Shown: in pieces, positions 29,009 to 32,000 of the stretch
How positions within the stretch are numbered: the stretch's first letter is position 1
Layout of the letters: every line of letters starts with the position of its first letter
Origin: an uncultured Gemmatimonadota bacterium
Lineage (GTDB): Bacteria > GCA-2686955 > CAYMWF01
Direction of reading: 5' to 3'
Assembly (NCBI GenBank): GCA_964394085.1
Contig: CAYMWF010000014.1
Location: forward strand, 27,167-59,166
Length of the DNA: 32,000 nucleotides
The notes under the pieces: generated by a model
What the model was told of the DNA's origin: nothing
Database searches by the model: none
Seen by the model: only the letters and a program-made list of their open reading frames with translations
Made by a program: the position numbers and the translations under genes

Positions 29009-30948
29009 TCTCCGTCCTGATTCCAGTTCGGGATGAAACAACCGGTCTCAGGAGGGCGGTGGAAAGCGTCCGCTGGATACCTGTGGAGCACAGGTATATC
29101 GCTCTGGATCCGCGAGGCGGCAACGGAATCAAGGAACTGGCATTGAACCTTGCGGGGAATGTGTCGACACATCTGTATTTTGACAGTGCGAGTTTCAAAA
29201 ACAAAGCGATCGGTGATTTTGATATAAAAACGGAGTGGCTGCTGCTGCTCGATGCGGATGAAGAAGTACCTGAAGAACTGGGCGGGGAGATCAGGGAAAG
29301 TATTGCGGGAAAGGAAGTTGACGGATTCTATATCCCTCGCCGGAACTTGATAGGCGGAAAGTGGATAAAGCGGGGCGGGTGGTTCCCAGATCATAATATC
29401 AGGCTTTTCCGCACCGGAAAGGGAGAATTCGAAAACCGGCGTGTCCATTCTGAATTAAAACTCGATGGAAAGATCGGATTCCTGAAAAACAGCATTCTTC
29501 ACCACTGCAGGGAAGATGTTTCAGAACACAGGAAGTACGTGGCCCGATATGCCCGGTTCAGGGGGCTGGATGCATATGACGGAAAGCGTCCCCTCGGAAG
29601 ACTGGATTTAATCCTGTTTCCGAAAATCCCGGGAAAACCCGTCAAGCTGATCTGGCGGTTGTCCCCCCCGGTTCTCCGGTCCGTGCTGCTGTTCATGTGG
29701 CTGTACTGGTTCAAACTCGGTTTCCTCGACGGCTCAAGCGGAATAAAACTCGCTCTTGCGGAAAGCTCCGAACCGTATCTGGCAGCCCGGTTCCGATCAC
29801 GACTCAGATTAAGGCAAAGCGGTCCGGGCACCTGTCGCACGGCTGTCAGGACACTGATTCGAGGATTCTTCAGACGTGCGGTCCGGCTCGCCATTACACC
29901 GGGGGCTTTATTCAAGACACCGCCTGATCGCAATACAATCCGCGATATACTGGTAGTTCATCTTTTCGGTATGGGCGACGTGATAATGGCGCTGCCATTT
30001 TTTGAGCGGCTTCGACGCGAACTGCCTGATGCCGGGATCACGATACTCGCGAGACCGTCGGCAGTTGAACTATTGAAGAGTTGCGGTTATGCGGATTCAG
30101 TAAGAGAATATACAGGATTGAAAACGATCACCGGTTTACGCAGGGACCTGAAAGGTGTTTCATTCGACCTGGCGCTCCTCCCCTTTACCGGGCTCTCGAA
30201 CTTTTTCGCTGCAAAAGCCCTCGGAGCCCGTGTCGCAGCCGGCTACATATCCGGCACGTCGATAGAATCCGATTTCAGGATGAGAACGCGGCCGAGCGAT
30301 CGAGGGTGGAATCATCCTGCCGAGAAAGCGCTGGACCTTCTGAATGCACTGGGAATCGGGTCTCCGGAGTTTCAACCTTATCAGCTTTCGTTATCTCTCA
30401 AACCTCCCGGGGGATTCGAGGCCCTTGTGAAGAAGGCTTCCGGAGGTAGACCGTACGTTGTTTTGTACCCTGGAGGATTTTCACCGTCAAGGCGGCTGAA
30501 ATTTGAAAAAGCGGCAGCCGTTGCGGATTACATCAGGGGTGAGCTGGGATACGGCGTAATCCTGGTGGGGGACCTGTTCGACAGACCGGACTCTGAAAGA
30601 ATCGAATCCGAGGCCGTTTGTCCCGTGATGAATCTCACCGGCATCACCGATACGGCGGAGCTCGCCGCAGTCCTTGGTGATTTGAACTGTCTGCTGGCGG
30701 TGGCCGGTGATTCCGGTGTGATGCACCTGGCGATTGCGCTCGGGAAACCGGTTGTCGCATTGTTCGGTCCGACATCCCCGGCCCTGAGATTACCCTCGGA
30801 GTTCAGCGGCACGGTTCTCCGGACTCCGAGGGATTGCGCTCCCTGTTTCGGAGGAGAACATGAGCCCGTATGCAGACAGAGAGCTTCGTGTCTGGACCCG
30901 ATACCTCTCGAACAAATCTTCGGCGCCATAAAGGGTATTACCGGATGA
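28996..30948 (+). CDS. bifunctional glycosyltransferase: N-terminal GT2 (WaaE/KdtX-like) fused to C-terminal GT9 (heptosyltransferase-like)
   Basis: N-terminal part: 'ISVLIPVRDE', 'LLLLDADEE', 'FYIPRRNLIGGKWIKRGGWFPDHNIRLFR...VHSEL...ILHHC' and the amphipathic 'WFKLGFLDGSSG'. From about aa 313 (nt ~29932): 'ILVVHLFGMGDVIMALPFFERLR' and 'VAGDSGVMHLAIALGKPVVALFGPT'. The likely true start is the TTG at 29005, which has AGGAGG 8 nt upstream and forms a TTGA overlap with the upstream stop. Confidence 0.8.
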   Translation: MPVLISVLIPVRDETTGLRRAVESVRWIPVEHRYIALDPRGGNGIKELALNLAGNVSTHLYFDSASFKNKAIGDFDIKTEWLLLLDADEEVPEELGGEIRESIAGKEVDGFYIPRRNLIGGKWIKRGGWFPDHNIRLFRTGKGEFENRRVHSELKLDGKIGFLKNSILHHCREDVSEHRKYVARYARFRGLDAYDGKRPLGRLDLILFPKIPGKPVKLIWRLSPPVLRSVLLFMWLYWFKLGFLDGSSGIKLALAESSEPYLAARFRSRLRLRQSGPGTCRTAVRTLIRGFFRRAVRLAITPGALFKTPPDRNTIRDILVVHLFGMGDVIMALPFFERLRRELPDAGITILARPSAVELLKSCGYADSVREYTGLKTITGLRRDLKGVSFDLALLPFTGLSNFFAAKALGARVAAGYISGTSIESDFRMRTRPSDRGWNHPAEKALDLLNALGIGSPEFQPYQLSLSLKPPGGFEALVKKASGGRPYVVLYPGGFSPSRRLKFEKAAAVADYIRGELGYGVILVGDLFDRPDSERIESEAVCPVMNLTGITDTAELAAVLGDLNCLLAVAGDSGVMHLAIALGKPVVALFGPTSPALRLPSEFSGTVLRTPRDCAPCFGGEHEPVCRQRASCLDPIPLEQIFGAIKGITG

Positions 30949-32000
30949 TCCTGGTTGAACTGACAGTTGCAGCCGGCCTCCTGCTGGGCTTTTCCGTATA
31001 CATCGGATATCCGTTCCTGTGTTTCGGCTCCGGTATGCTAGCGAAGACCCGGCCGACCCGGGGATCCCGAAAGCAAAAAATACCGGGTGATGGTTCGAGG
31101 GAAAAGAACGGAACCGCAATTCTTCCGTTTGTTTCCATAATCATTTCGGCGAAAGACGAAGCTGACCATATCGAACGAAAGATCGAAAATACATTCGCTC
31201 TGGAGTATCCCGGGGATCGGTTCGAGATTATAGTAGGCGTCAACGGTTCGGCGGACAGTACCGAGAAGACCGTAGCCGGGTTTGCAAAAAATGGGGTTCG
31301 GTGCTTTATTTCGAAAATCCCGGGAAAAACACGGACTCAGAACCTGGTTGTTCCTGAATCCAGGGGCGAGGTGTTATTTTTTACGGATGCGGATATGCTC
31401 CTTGAACCCGACGCCCTTCTCCGGCTGGCGGAGAAATTCGATGATCCCGCCGTGGGTATCGTTCATGGTTCGATACGCTTTCGAGGAGATCGGCATCAGG
31501 CGCTGTACTGGGATTATGAATACACTCTGAAAAGACTCGAGAGCGAATCCGGGCGATGCCTTACCGCGCTTGGAGGGATTATGGCCGTCCGGAGAACTGT
31601 ATGGCGCACACTCGACCCCTCGATTATGGAAGATTTTGCTCTTCCCATAGCCGCAGTATCGGACGGATACGACTCGGTATTCGTTCAAGATGCGCTTGCT
31701 TACACAGACTTCTATCCGGATCGCGCTGCGTGGCTCGAGAGCAAACGGAGGATCGCCGCCCAGGATATGTTCGGCTACATCAATTCGGCAAGCTCGCTTC
31801 TCGCGCGTAAACAATGGGGACTTCTCGTCTTGCTCACGCTCCGAAAGCCTTTGAGGTGGCTGGGTCTCGTGTACGTTCTGCCTGTTCAGCTCGGTCTTGT
31901 TCTGCTCGCTCTGGATGGAGGGGTGATGGTTCTGCCCGGTATGGCTGCAGTCGCCGTCGCGGTCTGGGGCGTTTTCGGCATCATTGCGGCCAGGCCGAAC
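30945..32000 (+). CDS. membrane-integrated GT2 glycosyltransferase (synthase-like), 3'-truncated by the window edge
   Basis: This ORF is absent from the supplied track because it has no stop in the window, so I translated it by hand. The ATG at 30945 overlaps the upstream TGA (ATGA). N-terminal TM 'ILVELTVAAGLLLGFSVYIGYPFLCF'. GT2 core: 'PFVSIIISAKDE', 'LFFTDADMLLEPD', 'LGGIMAVRR', 'MEDFALP', 'SKRRIAAQ'. C-terminal TM helices follow ('WGLLVLLTL...LGLVYVLPVQLGLVLLAL...'). Confidence 0.75.
   Translation, partial: MILVELTVAAGLLLGFSVYIGYPFLCFGSGMLAKTRPTRGSRKQKIPGDGSREKNGTAILPFVSIIISAKDEADHIERKIENTFALEYPGDRFEIIVGVNGSADSTEKTVAGFAKNGVRCFISKIPGKTRTQNLVVPESRGEVLFFTDADMLLEPDALLRLAEKFDDPAVGIVHGSIRFRGDRHQALYWDYEYTLKRLESESGRCLTALGGIMAVRRTVWRTLDPSIMEDFALPIAAVSDGYDSVFVQDALAYTDFYPDRAAWLESKRRIAAQDMFGYINSASSLLARKQWGLLVLLTLRKPLRWLGLVYVLPVQLGLVLLALDGGVMVLPGMAAVAVAVWGVFGIIAARPN

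Noticed and set aside
1-32000. Looked for CRISPR arrays, tRNA/rRNA genes, intact IS elements, integrases and long direct repeats
   Set aside because: By eye I found no regularly spaced direct repeats, no cloverleaf-compatible segments in intergenic regions, no rRNA-like conserved blocks and no intact transposase or integrase ORF. A tRNAscan/Infernal run would be needed for certainty.

Overview
This 32-kb bacterial window is about 50% GC. The organism is unknown. A T9SS-style C-terminal sorting domain and a PorV-like barrel hint at an FCB-type diderm, but I could not verify that. No rRNA, tRNA, CRISPR array or intact mobile element was recognised.

The window has three parts:

1. Positions 1-11,221 are plus-strand housekeeping and energy genes. 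In order they are a truncated CDS, arcC, sucC, sucD, an EIIA(Ntr)-CBS fusion, yceD, rpmF, fabD, fabG, acpP, fabF, rnc, etfB and etfA.

2. Positions 11,222-12,939 are about 1.7 kb with few ORFs. This stretch contains GC-rich hairpins, possible relics of a decayed gene, one small signal-peptide ORF on the minus strand behind a sigma54-type -24/-12 element, and palindromes.

3. Positions 12,940-32,000 are a cell-surface locus. It starts with a Wza-like exporter and a Wzc-like co-polymerase/BY-kinase.
   - Next comes a tightly packed seven-gene block: a membrane-anchored FliG-like protein, FlbD, MotA, MotB, a 1199-aa protein (seven FG-GAP blades, Ig-like modules, T9SS/FlgD-Ig-like tail), an OM barrel fused to a coiled coil and TPR, and an SLBB plus degenerate LCP-like protein.
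   - The locus ends with a convergent WecA/MraY-family initiating transferase and a run of GT9, GT2, GT2-GT9 fusion and membrane GT2 genes.

The main hunt result is the flagellar-type rotor/stator set (FliG M+C domains, FlbD, MotA, MotB). It sits with no other flagellar gene in 32 kb, and its FliG part is tethered to the membrane in a FliF-like two-TM topology. It is co-operonic with surface-adhesin, outer-membrane and polysaccharide components. I interpret it as a candidate non-flagellar, PMF-driven cell-surface machine. That interpretation is inference, not demonstration.

A second notable observation is in-frame G9 and G10 homopolymer tracts inside two adjacent glycosyltransferase genes. 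These are candidate phase-variation switches.
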